NCBI RefSeq assembly: GCF_004010195.1
Contig: NC_057713.1
Location: forward strand, 6,721,718 to 6,785,717
DNA: 64,000 bases
Source: Chiloscyllium plagiosum
Lineage: Eukaryota
Reading direction: 5' to 3'
The position numbers and the translations under genes are program-made. Shown here in pieces: positions 1 through 11,932 of the stretch. The notes under the pieces are model-generated. The model was not told the DNA's origin and searched no databases. It worked only from the letters and a program-made list of their open reading frames with translations. Positions within the stretch are counted from its first letter, which is position 1. The number at the start of each line of letters is the position of its first letter.

Positions 1-95
1 ACTCTTAAGAACTAAATCTAAACTTTAATTACCTTCCACAACTTGGTGTCTTTCACAGGCAAAAGTAATTAATAAACATGAAACAGAGGGCTTAC

Positions 96-290
96 CACTG
101 ATATTGAGATCATAATCTCCTGCTGTAATCACATTAGCAACCAATCCTTCTGCAGGTTGACTGGCAGAAACCACCTCACTTAACAATTTCCGAATGGCAG
201 TCTGTTGTGGCGGCTGGGTAACAATTCCGGTAACATTGATCCTCAGGTTTTTAATAACATGGCTCTGGTTGTTAGGATCTCGCATATGAA
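96..290 (-). CDS. TRAPPC8: TRAPPC8 coding exon 2 (195 nt; gene continues off the left edge of the window)
   Basis: Translates (V)HMRDPNNQSHVIKNLRINVTGIVTQPPQQTAIRKLLSEVVSASQPAEGLVANVITAGDYDLNIS, which I recognise as TRAPPC8. Acceptor ttctgcctAG ends at 291 and donor GTAAG starts at 95. Joins exon 1 in phase 1 (G|TT = Val). Confidence 0.96.
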
Positions 291-1319
291 CTAGGCAGAA
301 AGGAAAAACAGCAAAAATTCACTAAACAGATGAAAGCAACATTCTGCTCACTGTAGCCTGACATTGCATGTTCCAATTACATGCTGATTATATACCTACC
401 TGGAGTACACAGAAATAAAAGTCTCATACACAAAGCAGATGGACACGTGAGACCCCATCATTACTAAAGGACGTTCAGCTAATTATTCTTTGAGAGAATA
501 ATGGTACAAGCTCACTCCACTTTACACAATCTTTCCAAGTATTTCTCCAATTCCTTTCTGAACATTACAATTAAACCTGCCTTTGCCACCTTTCAAGCAG
601 TGCATTCCATATAAAAACTGAAGTGCCTGACCTTTCAATCATTGAAAATAGGTGCGCCTTCTGTACTTAAAAACTTTTCATTTTGAAGATTAAATCTCAG
701 TATAATCATCCCCACTCAAAGGTGATGAACCTATTAGTACCCACGATTCTCATAAGTCAGTACACACTAAGGATTTACAACAAGCTAGGACAGCTTCCTG
801 CATCTGGTGCTCCAAGCCTGTACATGGAGAAGCCTAGGACTCCTCATGCTTTTCAAAATAGTTTTCTCAACATGTCTTACCATCTTCAAAGATTTGTGTG
901 GGAACACCCAAGTCTCTGCACATGTATCCCCTTCAAACATTGTGCCATTTAATTTATAAAGCTTCTGCCTTTCAAAGATATTTATAATTGCATTCTTCAG
1001 GACAGTTGTACAAGACAATCTGACAGCCAATTAAACAATCTTAAAAGCGCAGGCATTGTTGCAATGCAGGTAAAAGAATAATCAACTTGCCAAAGCACCA
1101 TAAGCTCCTATAAATAGCGATAGTGACAATAACCAATCAGTTTCTATTATATTGGTTTAGTGCTGGATACTGGACAATGTGGAGGACACCTCTTTCCAAG
1201 ACTACAGAGAACGTTGGCATCCAACCACTGATGTATAAGCAGCATTGGGCCTAAAGTTAAAAAAAAATGGTGTATGTTTGCTGTAAAGTTAATAATATGC
1301 ATCAGTATTGTAGAATTAT

Positions 1320-1580
1320 GGAATCCCCAGAGTATGGAAACAAATCATTTGGCTGATTGAGTCACATCAATCGACTGAAGATCATCCCACCCAGTCCCTC
1401 CCTGCCACCTTAAACCTATTACCTGCATTTCCCCTGGCTACTTCACCTAGCTTGCACATCCCTGGATACTATGGGCAATTTAGCAATCCACCTAACCTGC
1501 ACATCTTTGGACTATGGGAGGAAACCAGAGCACCCAGAGGAAACCCACACAGACACCGGGAGAATGCACAAACTCCAGAC
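1320..1580 (-). mobile_element. HE1-like tRNA-derived V-SINE fragment
   Basis: Reverse complement of the SINE body seen at 11595-11932 (acatctttggact..gggaggaaacc..gagcacccagaggaaaccc). Confidence 0.75.
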
Positions 1581-2644
1581 AGTAGCATGTTGTATTCCTG
1601 CATTGTATAAATTAAACCAAGCAATTTCTACTATGTGCAGCTAGAAATGATATCATAACTATTAACATAGATAAGAATGAACAGGAGAACAAGAGTCAGT
1701 CTAACAAAAAAAAACTGAATGAATCATGCATCAAGGAAGATTAAGTGTCAAAGAAAGTCAAGCATGGAATGTAACTGTCATGATCGATGCTTGTAAGAAT
1801 TAGAGAAATTCTAAATGTGAAAAAAATTTAATTTTCACAACTGTTTAGACTATCTAGTTTTTTTTCCCCTCACACCACCCAGAGATGGAATGGACAGCTG
1901 TACAAGTAGCCTTCAAAAGTTGAAAAAAGTCCAGGATTTTAAGCAAAAAACACGTAACTGTGGGAAACATGGTCAACGCATTGTGGAAAGTCCAAGTGCA
2001 TATCTATAGTTCCAGATCATCCATTTAACTTTCTACATTTAAGACACGGTTATGTTGTTTTAGGAAGAAGAACTTGGAGAGCAAACACATGGCACAATTT
2101 TAAAGGGGATGCAAAAAGGGCACAGTTGTGCACAATTCCTGGGCAATCTGGACTGGTAAGCAAAATGAGTTAAGAAAGCATTTAAGTTCGTGTTTTTCTA
2201 AATATAATAGTAGATTCTTCAAGGCAAACAAAAACATACATTACAGAAACGTGTACCTAACATATACAAAGATTGCACAGCTGACAATATTCAAATCAAA
2301 TAGCTTGCGCCTTATGATAGGTTTCAAAATTTATAGTTGCATATTAGGCCATTAGGATCCTGAAACTTGAGAACTAAATGCAAGAATAAATTAATGAAAG
2401 TGGAAAATTCTGCAAAATTTATGCATTTGTTCATTAGATCTATTTATAATTCATAAGACTGAGCATTGCCTGCCATTTTTTTCATTTATTAATGGGACAT
2501 TGCAAGCGTGGTCAGCACATAATGCTTTAGAAAGTGATGGTGACCTGCCTTCAGGAAGTCCTGAAGAACACAGTGTACATACATTAAGTGCTGTTATGAA
2601 GGGAGTCTTCAAGATTGACTCAGCAATGATGAAAGCATGATGAT

Positions 2645-2950
2645 GGGGGATAGTAGCATTGCAATAATGTCACTGGACTAGTAGTCCAGAGGTCAAGATT
2701 AATGATTCAAAGACAGATTTAAATACCACATTGGCTGATAGAATTTAAACTTAAATTTACTTAATCTGGAATAAAAAGTTAGTTTCAGTTATCATGTACA
2801 TGAAGCTTGCAGATTATAAAAATAGATCTGCTTCATTACTGTTATTCAACTAAGAAAACCTGCTGTCTTGACCTATTCTAGCTTAGATATGTCTCAAACA
2901 ATGTGGCTGACTTTCAACTGTATTCTAAAATGGCCCAGCCAGCCACTCAG
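2645..2950 (+). mobile_element. Degenerate tRNA-derived SINE (same family as 19372-19712)
   Basis: Shares gtcactggactagta.tccagag ... aatgtggctgact...ggcccagccagccactcagtt with that family. Confidence 0.55.
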
Positions 2951-3369
2951 TTAACAGACAATGTACCACCACCTTCGCCTGAACGACAGATAAGCAATCA
3001 ATAAAATCTCATTAACCAATAAGAAACTGGTGGTTATATTATTGAAGCAAACAAGATCCTGATGGGACTTGACAGGGTGGATATCAGAAGGAGGTTCACT
3101 CGTCAGGGAGACTAGAACTAGGGGAAACAATTTAGAATGAGGACTTTAAAGGAGGAAACAGGAAAATTCTTTTCTCTCAAATCGGTTTATAGTCTACAAT
3201 AATCACTTGCTCAGAAAACGGCCTAGAGGTTATTGACCAGAAACAAATATTCTGGCTACAACAGCAGGCCAGAGGCTGGAAATTTTGCATCAAGTAACTC
3301 AGCTAATTCTCTAAAGCCTACCCACCATCTACAAATATAGGGCAGGAGTACAACAGAATGTTTTCTAGT

Positions 3370-3820
3370 TGCTGCATAAATGAAGATCCAACACTCAAAG
3401 GTAGACACCATCCAGGATAATGCAGTCCTGTTTGATTGGTACATCATCCACCATCTCGAACATTCATTTCCTTCAAAAGCAGTATGTAGCATCTACACAA
3501 TGCACTGCAGCAAATCATAGTTCCTTAAACAGTATCTTCCAAATCCAAGACCATTATGGACTAGGGCAGCAGGTACATGGGAACACAAACAACACCAAGT
3601 ACCTCTCCAAGCCAATCAACCCAACTTACAAAGAAATGGGAATATATTTACTTTTGCTGGGTCAAAACCCTAGAACTTCCTAACAGAGCTACAGGTGCAC
3701 CACCACCAAATGGACTGCAAAGGTTAAAAATGCAGCTCATCGCCACATTCTCAAAGACTATCTGGGATGGATAATAAACTGCAGGATTAGCCAGCAACAC
3801 CCACATCTTGTGAATTAATA
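3370..3820 (+). mobile_element. CR1/L2-clade LINE 3' fragment
   Basis: Colinear with 40290-40760 (gcagctc...gacaccatccaggataa...gggatggataataaa). Ends at a 25-bp tandem duplication, 3811-3868. Confidence 0.65.
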
Positions 3821-5275
3821 AACAAGTATGGTCAGTGAATTAATAAACAAGTATGGTCAGTGAATTAAGTCCAGGCTTACTTAGACAAATCCTTTTTGGA
3901 CAAGGGAGTCAATGGGTTATGGGAGGCAGGGAGCAAAGAGGATTTGAAATCAGATTAACAATGATCTTACTGAAAAGCAGAGTAGACTGCCTCCTCCTGA
4001 AATTATAAATCCCCATGTCAAGATGGACACTGGACGCAGGGTGTTTCCAAGCACTTGTAAATATCAGTATAATGCAACTGATGCACATTACTTCTTCCCA
4101 GTGAATTCATTAACACAAACATCAACGCCAGGACACACATCTGCTACATGTTACACTTAGGCATCAAGATAATCACCTACATCAAAACTGTGACATGAAA
4201 CTCAGTATGGCAACAAAGACAGTTTCATACACCAATCTGTTCAACATATGACTGGTGAATTTGTAAACCTATTGAACTCAATGCACGACGAGTATTATTT
4301 ACTAAATTAAAATTAAGGATTCTGTTCTTGCCCCACTCCAGTTATCACCCCAAATGAAGTATTTCTGACAAACACATCCCTATTAACAAAAGCAAAAACA
4401 TGAACTGTTATTTATGCACACAGCAGCCACTTCCTCATTGGGAGAAGTTTGAAACTCATGATTATTTTATATCAAGTACCAATACACTATAACAAAACAT
4501 TATATATCCTCCCCAATTTTGTTTCTCTCAGCAACAATGATACCTGCAAAACAGAAGCTTCCACTCTACATACAACTGCACCACAATGCACTCTTTTCAA
4601 GTATAAATCGATTCAACTACAATACATAGGACTAAAGCGTACACGATACAAGCAACAAGATGGCCTGGTCAGCTTCAGTCCCGAGTTTATTAGAGGAGTG
4701 TTTGAATTTGAAGTATAATGCAAGAGTCGCCATTGGACCTCCGTACAGAACAAAATTTACTCGAGTCAGCTGAAAAGCTGATCGGTTGTTTACTCAGCAG
4801 GCTTCCAAAGCTTTCTAACCTAAAGAGTGAAAGTACAGCGCAGCCTATGTCCCCTGCTACAAATCCATGACATGGATAACTTTTTTACCCCCTGCTCTGG
4901 TGAAATGCCATCGCAGTGAAACATATTAACGCTTCCTCCCTCTCTGATGCCAGACCTGTTGAGCATTCCCAGGACTTTCAGCAGCAGGCATTGCAGGGAA
5001 ACGCGGAGAACGGAAACGTTTATTTAGTGTGGCCGGTCGGTGACAGTCACGGAAAGGTAAATAAACCTTCAGCGACTGAGTGGAAGTTGGGGAGTGTGGG
5101 GTGAAAGGTGCTGAATGAAGCCCAGAGACAGTTGATGGTAACGGAGAGTGAGGGAGGCAGAGCCCGGGGATCTGACAACAGGGGAAGGGAATAACTAGAT
5201 ACCTACAAGCCCTGGGAAAAGGCCTCTTCCTAACTCACTGTCACTGGCTCCATCCAACCCGCCCGGTAAACCCAC

Positions 5276-5432
5276 CTTCAGAGGTGAGGCGGCAGAAAGG
5301 CCTGACCAGCTCGGCGAAACTCAGGTTGTTTTTCCGCGTCGAGCTCTCGGCGGCCTCACTGCACAGCACGGCCACCATGGGCACGAAGGTGTCCTGGATG
5401 AACTCCTGGACGCTCTGCACGCACTGAGCCAT
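5276..5432 (-). CDS. TRAPPC8: TRAPPC8 coding exon 1 (157 nt)
   Basis: ATG at 5432 gives MAQCVQSVQEFIQDTFVPMVAVLCSEAAESSTRKNNLSFAELVRPFCRLTSE, matching the TRAPPC8 N-terminus (MAQCVQSVQE...). Donor GTGGG at 5275. CpG-rich context. Confidence 0.96.
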
Positions 5433-5990
5433 CCCCGGAACCCTCAGGGACCGGGCGCTCCCCTCCCCTTGCTCTATATCGGCGAGACGACAACCGATTC
5501 CCTTCAGGGGAAGGAGGACAGGCCAAGCGCCGCCATGTTGGACACAGTCTCCCTGCCTTCCCGACGCCGCGTCACGTGACAGCTGCCCTCTGCCCCACCC
5601 CCTCACGACGGGCTGAGAGCTTGCCCACTCCGCCCAGTACGCCATCCTGTCAATCACTTTCTAGGGCTCGCCCTCACGCAGCGTCACGTCTTCCCGCCTC
5701 GTTCGGGAACGCGCCTGCGTACACTGGTCATCACCGTCCTGTCAATCACTTTCCGGGGGTCGCCCTCATGCGATGCACCGCCTTCCCAGCCTCCACAGGA
5801 AAGCGCATGCGTACTCTTGCAGCCGCTGTCTTGTCAATCACGTTCCAGGACCCGCCCTCACGTGGCGACACGTCTCTTCGCTCCTGTGTTGACGCGTCTG
5901 CGCACTTCGACGAATCAACCCAAATGTCAATCATCGCCAAGGGTCCACCCTTGGTCCAGTCCCTTCGCCTGCGTCTGCGCACTGCTTCCA
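5433..5990 (-). promoter_or_regulatory. TRAPPC8 CpG-island promoter / 5' UTR
   Basis: CpG-dense. YY1-like GCCGCCATGTTG at 5529-5540; palindrome GTCACGTGAC at 5571-5580; four TGTCAATCA motifs at 92/92/93-bp spacing; NRF1-like GCGCATGCGT at 5803. Confidence 0.8.
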
Positions 5991-6299
5991 GGATTCCCAG
6001 CTGTTGTATTGAGTGTCTGTCAGATTGTAAGAGGAGTTGTTATCCTAATTCACCTGGTTTCTCTAGAATTTAGAAGGTTGAGGGGTGATCCAATTGACGA
6101 TTCAATATATTAACAAGTAAAAGGATCAAGTACATCTCTATGACTCTAAGTGTTACAGGGAGAAAGCGGGAGAATGGGTATAAGAAACTTAGTAATGATT
6201 GAATGACAGAGCAGACTCGATGGGCTGAATGGCCTAATTTCAGCTCCTATGTCTTATGGTCTTAAAAAACAGATAACGATTAAAATATTTCCAAAAACT

Positions 6300-7985
6300 G
6301 CTTCATTCACGATGGTGGCTGAGTAGCAGGACAACATATAGGCTACTTAGCCCACGAGACAGGAGTTTGTCTAGTGCATCCACTTTACTTTTTTTTCCAC
6401 CAAGGTCCTCCTCAACCATCTCCTGTGGACTCCTCCTGGAGTCACAGTGTGGCCTCTGGCCATGAAGGGGCACAAAGGACATGCAGCAGTTGCAGAAGAA
6501 ATGTAGAGCCATCCCCTGAACATGGCCACCTTTGACCTTACAAATGCCTTTGACACCATTGATTGGGAAGCATTATGGAGCATCCCTGTCATTTTGGTTA
6601 TATCATGAAGTTTGACAACATCCTTCACCTGCTCCGTGTTGACATGGAAGTCATGATAAAGATAAATGGCTCCATCACTGACCCATTTCCTATTTGGACC
6701 CGTGTCAAGCAGGGCTGTGTCATTACTCCAACACTGTTCTCAATCTACTTCGCAATGGTTCACCTCACTGCCGACAAGCTCCCAGTTGGAGTGGAGCTAA
6801 CTTACAGAACCTGTGGGAAATTATTCAACCTGCGCTGACTTCAAGCCTAAACCAGAGTCACCCCAACCAGTGTCATCAAGCTGCAGTACGCAGATGACAC
6901 TTGTGTGTGCAACCTTAGAGGACATGCTCCAGATCATTGTCAGTATCTTCACGAGGTATATGAGAGCACGGTTCTCACCCTGAACATCCGCAAGACGAAG
7001 GTCATCCACCAAACTGGCCTGCGTTGTGGCACAAACCCCTAATCTTCAAGGTCCACACAGAGGCCCTAGAGAACATTAACCACTTCCAATGCCTCAGAAG
7101 TGTCCTATCAGCCAAAGCAGTTATTAATGAAGAGATCCATCATCACCTCCAGTGTGCTAGTGCAGATTTCAGCCACTTAAGGAAAAGGGTGTTCGAGAAC
7201 AACAACATCATACCCGACACCAAGGCCATGCTTTACAGAGCTGTGGTGATTTTGGCTCTCCTACATAGCCATGAGACGTCTAAAGCAAATCCCTAAGGGC
7301 ACTGGAGCAGTACCACCAAATCTACCTGCGCAAGATCCTTTGAATCTGCTGGGAAGATACACCAATACAGCTAGGCAATAGTGAGGACTGCAGATGCAAG
7401 AGAGCAGAGTCTAGATTAGAGTGGTGCTGGAAAAGCACAGCAGGTCAGGCAGCATCCAAGGAGCACGAAAATCGATGTTTCAGGCACCAATACCACCATC
7501 CTCAACCAGGCTAACATCCCCAGCATCAAGGCACTGACACCACCACCCCCACCTACCTGCAATGGGCTGGCCACGTTGTCCATATGACTGACACAAGACA
7601 CCCCAAGCAGCACTCTACTTCTAGCTTTGAAATGGCAGGCGAGCCTCAGGTGGGCAGAGGAAACACTTCAGGGATACCCTCAAGGCCTTACTGGCGAAGT
7701 GAGACATTCCCACAGACACCTGGGAATCACTGGCCCAAGACTGTCCAAGGTGGAAGAAAAGCATCCATGAAGTCATTTAGCACCTGGATTCTTGCAGTCA
7801 GGAAAAACTGGAAACCAGGCGAAAACAGCAAATGTAGTGCACTGTCACACTCATCCCCCACCCACCCCTTCCCATGACCACCACCTGGCCCAAGTGTAAT
7901 AGAGCCTGCAATAGCCGCATTGGTCTATGCAGCCACTTGCAGATTCACCCTGAGAGTGGGAGAGAGTTGTCCTCATCTGCAAGGT
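6300..7985 (+). mobile_element. RTE-clade LINE, decayed RT fragment
   Basis: Motifs AFDTIDW, GSITDPFPIWTRVKQGCVITPTLFSIYF, LQYADD and a C-terminal C2H2-like tail. Frameshifted. Interrupted at about 7370-7485 by a Penelope terminal-repeat fragment with a caccaatac duplication. Confidence 0.8.
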
Positions 7986-8170
7986 GTTAAACTACAGATT
8001 TGAGACGGCCCAGGGAATCTCTTCTGGACTCGGACCCGTAAGCCTCTTTTGGTTTGTCCCCGAGATCATACTCTTTGGAAGTCTGAAATGAAAAACCTCT
8101 TACAGACAGATTAGTTTAATTTTAGTCACCTCCTTTATTTACCAATAGCATCACTGTTACAACATAACAC

Positions 8171-8451
8171 TGATACCTATAAGGAGAAAGTGAGGTCTGC
8201 AGATGCTGGAGATCAGAGATGGAAATGTGTTGCTGGAAAAGCGCAGCAGGTCAGGCAGCATCTAGGGAACAGGAGAATCGACGTTTCGGGCATTAGCCCT
8301 TCTTCAGGAATGAGGAAAGTTGGTCCAGCAGGCTAAGATAAAAGATAGGGAGGAGGGACTTGGGGGAGGGGCGTCGGAAATGTGATAGGTGGAAATAGGT
8401 CAAGGTGAGGGTGATAGGTCAGACTGGGGTGGGGGCGGTGATACCTATAAG
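8171..8451 (-). mobile_element. Penelope-family A terminal-repeat insertion with 13-bp TSD
   Basis: TSD tgatacctataag at 8171-8183 and 8439-8451. Contains a hammerhead-like core on the minus strand at about 8275-8312. Confidence 0.8.
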
Positions 8452-8555
8452 CCAAACTAACTAGGTTCTAATAGCCTAGGAGAGTAGGGTACCAGTTCAC
8501 AAAAACATTGTATGTTCTTAATTAGACAGATTACAATGAAAGACAACAATTCGTA

Positions 8556-8609
8556 AGGAGTGATTAGTCAAGCTTACACAGGTCTGTGTAAGCTTGACTA
8601 ATCACTCCT
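8556..8609. repeat. Perfect 26-bp inverted repeat with 2-nt spacer
   Basis: aggagtgattagtcaagcttacacag-gt-ctgtgtaagcttgactaatcactcct. Confidence 0.95.
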
Positions 8610-9834
8610 ACAGGCCCTAAGCCATTCATCAGGTGGGAAAAACATACCAAGCCAAGTAGGTGCTTGCTAGCAAGATAAACTCCTACCATAAAGAGGTACC
8701 AGTCTGAGCTAATTGGAGAGTTCATAAGGTAACCTTGCACAGCTCACATGTTAAATACAACTGTTTTACAAAATGACTTCTTAGCAAGGAGGGCAAACAT
8801 TTGACCATAAAATGGTCAGAATCTCTTTAATGTTCGGCCTAGAATAATTTCTAAGCTAGGAGCAGTCTCTTGCTTTATAAGCACTGAATCATTCTGATTC
8901 TAAGGCTGAGATATTACCGTAAGGTTGCATTTAAACTGATTAATTAGTCTTTGAATTAAACATGCTTTCTTTTCAGGGTTGTGATTCAAATTCAAATAAG
9001 ACATAAGCTCTGATTAGTTAGAATTGACAGTGGGGCAGTCTGTAAGGTCTGCAGAGTGGTCTGCAAGAACGGAAAGTAAGTTAAAACTTCATCAATATCA
9101 CCTCTTGAGGAGTTTGTGTTTAATAACTGGTAATGGCTTCTCAACATCATCATAAAGTCTCAAAAATGCAATTAAGTTCAATCCATAGCAGGTAAGCACT
9201 AAGAGTTAATTTTCTGCTGGCTTCAGCAGCCTCAGCACTGTAATGGTTTCTCTCTCTCTCGAATGTCCTTTTGAACTCTCAAGTCAGGGTCTTGTAACAG
9301 CGTCTGCCCAGCTTGCAAGGGTTTTAAGAATCCATTATAATTGACAGGACCTGACCATCAACTTCAAGGCTTTTGATAGTACCGAGTTTCGTTTCAGGGA
9401 CAGAATCAAACACTGATTAATTTCACAAGGGAACAACTGTGAATGTTATCACTAGGTATCCTGTTTGCACCGATTCACTGATGCTAAGGCAAATGTTCTT
9501 AATTGCCTTAGAGGGTGCTGTTATCACTTGGTGAGCACAGCGGAAGGCATCTTCTTCCAGCCAGGCCCAGCAACGAGGTGGCTTCCAATGGCTTGGAATA
9601 GTGGTATAGTCTAGGTGCCTGGCTGGGTGGTCTCCCCGTGTGTCCTGTCCAGGGCAAGAGGAGTGATTTCAGCCTGGAATGGCTTTCTTGTCCAGTCTTG
9701 TCCCATCGTATAGGTCTTCGGCGGCTTCCAGGTATTTCAGTAGCCCGGCATGAAGGTCAAATCCCAATACAGAGGTCTCGTCTTGTCTTGGTGCTCTCAT
9801 CCTGGCTTAGGAGGCAACTTCTGGATCTTCTAAT

Positions 9835-9962
9835 GGTCCAGTCCCGGCATGGAGGTCCAGTCCCGGCATGGAGGTCTAGTCCCAGCATGGAATTCTAGTC
9901 CCAGCGTGGAGGACTAGTCCCGGCGTGGAGGTCTGGTCCGGCATGGAGGATTAGTCTCATGT
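9835..9962 (+). repeat. 19-bp minisatellite, about 6.5 degenerate copies
   Basis: Unit GGTCCAGTCCCGGCATGGA repeated head-to-tail with no spacers. Confidence 0.9.
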
Positions 9963-10377
9963 GGCGGTTCAATCTCGGCTTTGCACTGCATTGCAGTTTT
10001 GGCCCAGTTTTCCAGTATACTCTGAACCCAAGAGTTGTAAATTGAACTGTGATGAAATTTTATTTCTGTTTTTCCTTATTTATTACTTCTAACATTATTT
10101 TAGGCGCTGTGATATCGTGACTTATACAACTTTTTAGTGTATTTGATTTGCAAGAATACATGTGAAAATAAATTGCCATTCTGTTCTAATGCAGTGGTTT
10201 GGGATTCTAGAACTAGGGGCATAATCTGAGAATTAGGGCCAGACCATTCAGGAAGCCCTTCTGCACAGGAAGAGTGGTAGAGATTTGGAACTTTCTTCTA
10301 CAGATGCTGGATCAGTTGTTGATTTTAAATCTGAGATAGATAATTTTTTATTAATCAAATGTATTCAGGGATATAGG

Positions 10378-10617
10378 CCAATATGGAGTTAAGATTAGAG
10401 TGGTGCTCGAAAAGCATAGCAAGTCAGGCAGCATCCGAGGAGCAGGAAAATCGACGTTTCGAGCAGGAGCCCTTCATCAGGATGAAGGGCTTCTGCCCGA
10501 AACGTCGATTTTCCTGTTCCTCGGATGCTGCCGACCTGCTGTGTTTTTCCAGCACCACTCTAATCTTGACTCTGATCTCCAGCATCTGCAGTCCTCACTT
10601 TCACCAATATGGAGTTA
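10378..10617. mobile_element. Penelope-derived fold-back element (family A), 14-bp TSD
   Basis: Long inverted repeat centred at about 10480. TSD ccaatatggagtta at 10378-10391 and 10604-10617. Confidence 0.85.
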
Positions 10618-11594
10618 GACAACAGATAAGCTGTGCTAACTTTGAATGGGGGAACAGGCTCAAAGGGCTGAATGGCCTACTTCTCTTCCTATGTTTGGCT
10701 TTACAGCAGAAACTATTAAGGATCCTTTATCCCCCAATGTAGTGTCATTATTCCTAAAATGTTGTAGAAATAAACAAAGGGAATAAAAGACTATTTTTAA
10801 AAAAATCTACTCCACTATCTTTCAGTTCTTTTGTCAGTCATCAACCTGCTGGCAACCTCATAAAATGAAATGTAAAAACCAAAAGAGCAGCGGATGCTAT
10901 AAATGGGGAACAAAAGCAGAAGTTGCTGGAAAAGATCAGCAGTTCTGGCAGGAGAGAAATCAGAGTTAATCTTTCGGGTCTGGTGACCATTCCTCAGGAC
11001 TGAAATGAAAATGAAATAAAATTTCTCATGTTATAAACACAACCAGTGAGTCTCCTTTCAGCTGTTTTAAAACAAGTGCCAACCTGTGTGTACATTCAGG
11101 TTGTCAACTCTGGAAGAGGGTGTTCCTGGAGCTATGATCATATAACATTCTGACTATATAGCATCTGAATATGTGGTATCTAATATGAAAGTTAAAGGGA
11201 CTGTCATGTGTCTTATTGGGTTTGCCCTCAATAGAGTGCACCCATTTACTCCTTTTCATACCCATAATTTACACCTATTTATCACCCACTTATTATTATT
11301 AGCACTACCTTTGCCCTGTCAACATCTGTTTCACTTGCTCCTCCTCTACATAAAGCATAAAAACTATCATTTCAGTTCTAAAGAGGAGTCATATCGAAAC
11401 ATCAACTCTGTTTCCCTCTCCACGAGTGCAGACAAACCTTTCTCCAGCATCTTCTCTTTGTATTTCGGCTTTCCAGCATCTGCCATATTTTGCTTTTATT
11501 TGAGAGGAAAAAGAATGCTGCAGAGCAAGGTCAAAGAACAAGCAGGGTCAGCCTTAGTGAACCAGACCAGATTGTACAATTATTTACAACTGGT

Positions 11595-11932
11595 CGGCAC
11601 AGTTGCTCAGTGGTTAGCACTGCTGCTTCACAGCGTCAGGGATCCAGATTCAATTCCAGCCTTGGGCAACTGCCTGTGTGGAGTTTGCGTGCTCTCCCTG
11701 TGTCTGTGTGAGTTTCCTCCGGGTGCTCCGGTTTTCTCCCAAATCCGAAGATGTGCAGGTTAGGTGAATTGGCCATGCTAAATTGCCCATAGTGTTCAGG
11801 CATGTCTAGGCTAGGTGCATTAGTCAGGGGAAATGTAGAGAGGTAGGGGAATGGCTTTGGGTGGGATACTCTGAGGGTCAGTTTGGACTTGTTGGCCGAA
11901 TGGCCTGTTTCCACACTGTAGGGAGTCTATGA
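11595..11932 (+). mobile_element. HE1-like tRNA-derived V-SINE, near full length
   Basis: A-box-like gctcagtggttagc and B-box-like gattcaattcc, V-domain-like body, CR1-type tail ggccgaatggcctgtttcc...ctatgat. Confidence 0.85.

Noticed and set aside
5433-5657. N-terminal extension of the ORF 5241-5657 upstream of MAQCVQ
   Set aside because: It starts at a non-ATG codon in promoter sequence; TRAPPC8 similarity begins at 5432.
5576-6113. Several overlapping ORFs over the TRAPPC8 promoter
   Set aside because: GC-rich, stop-poor tandem module with no recognisable protein features.
7985-9100. Possible solo LTR (also about 31840-33110)
   Set aside because: TG/CA-like ends are present, but I could not find a matching TSD, so it was left unannotated.
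9835-9962. Possible CRISPR-like array
   Set aside because: Head-to-tail minisatellite without unique spacers, in eukaryotic DNA.
11595-11665. tRNA gene-like sequence (also at 19372 and 21880)
   Set aside because: SINE heads that continue directly into SINE bodies; no convincing full cloverleaf.
11173-11763. 196-aa hydrophobic ORF
   Set aside because: Non-ATG start; runs through Penelope and SINE sequence.
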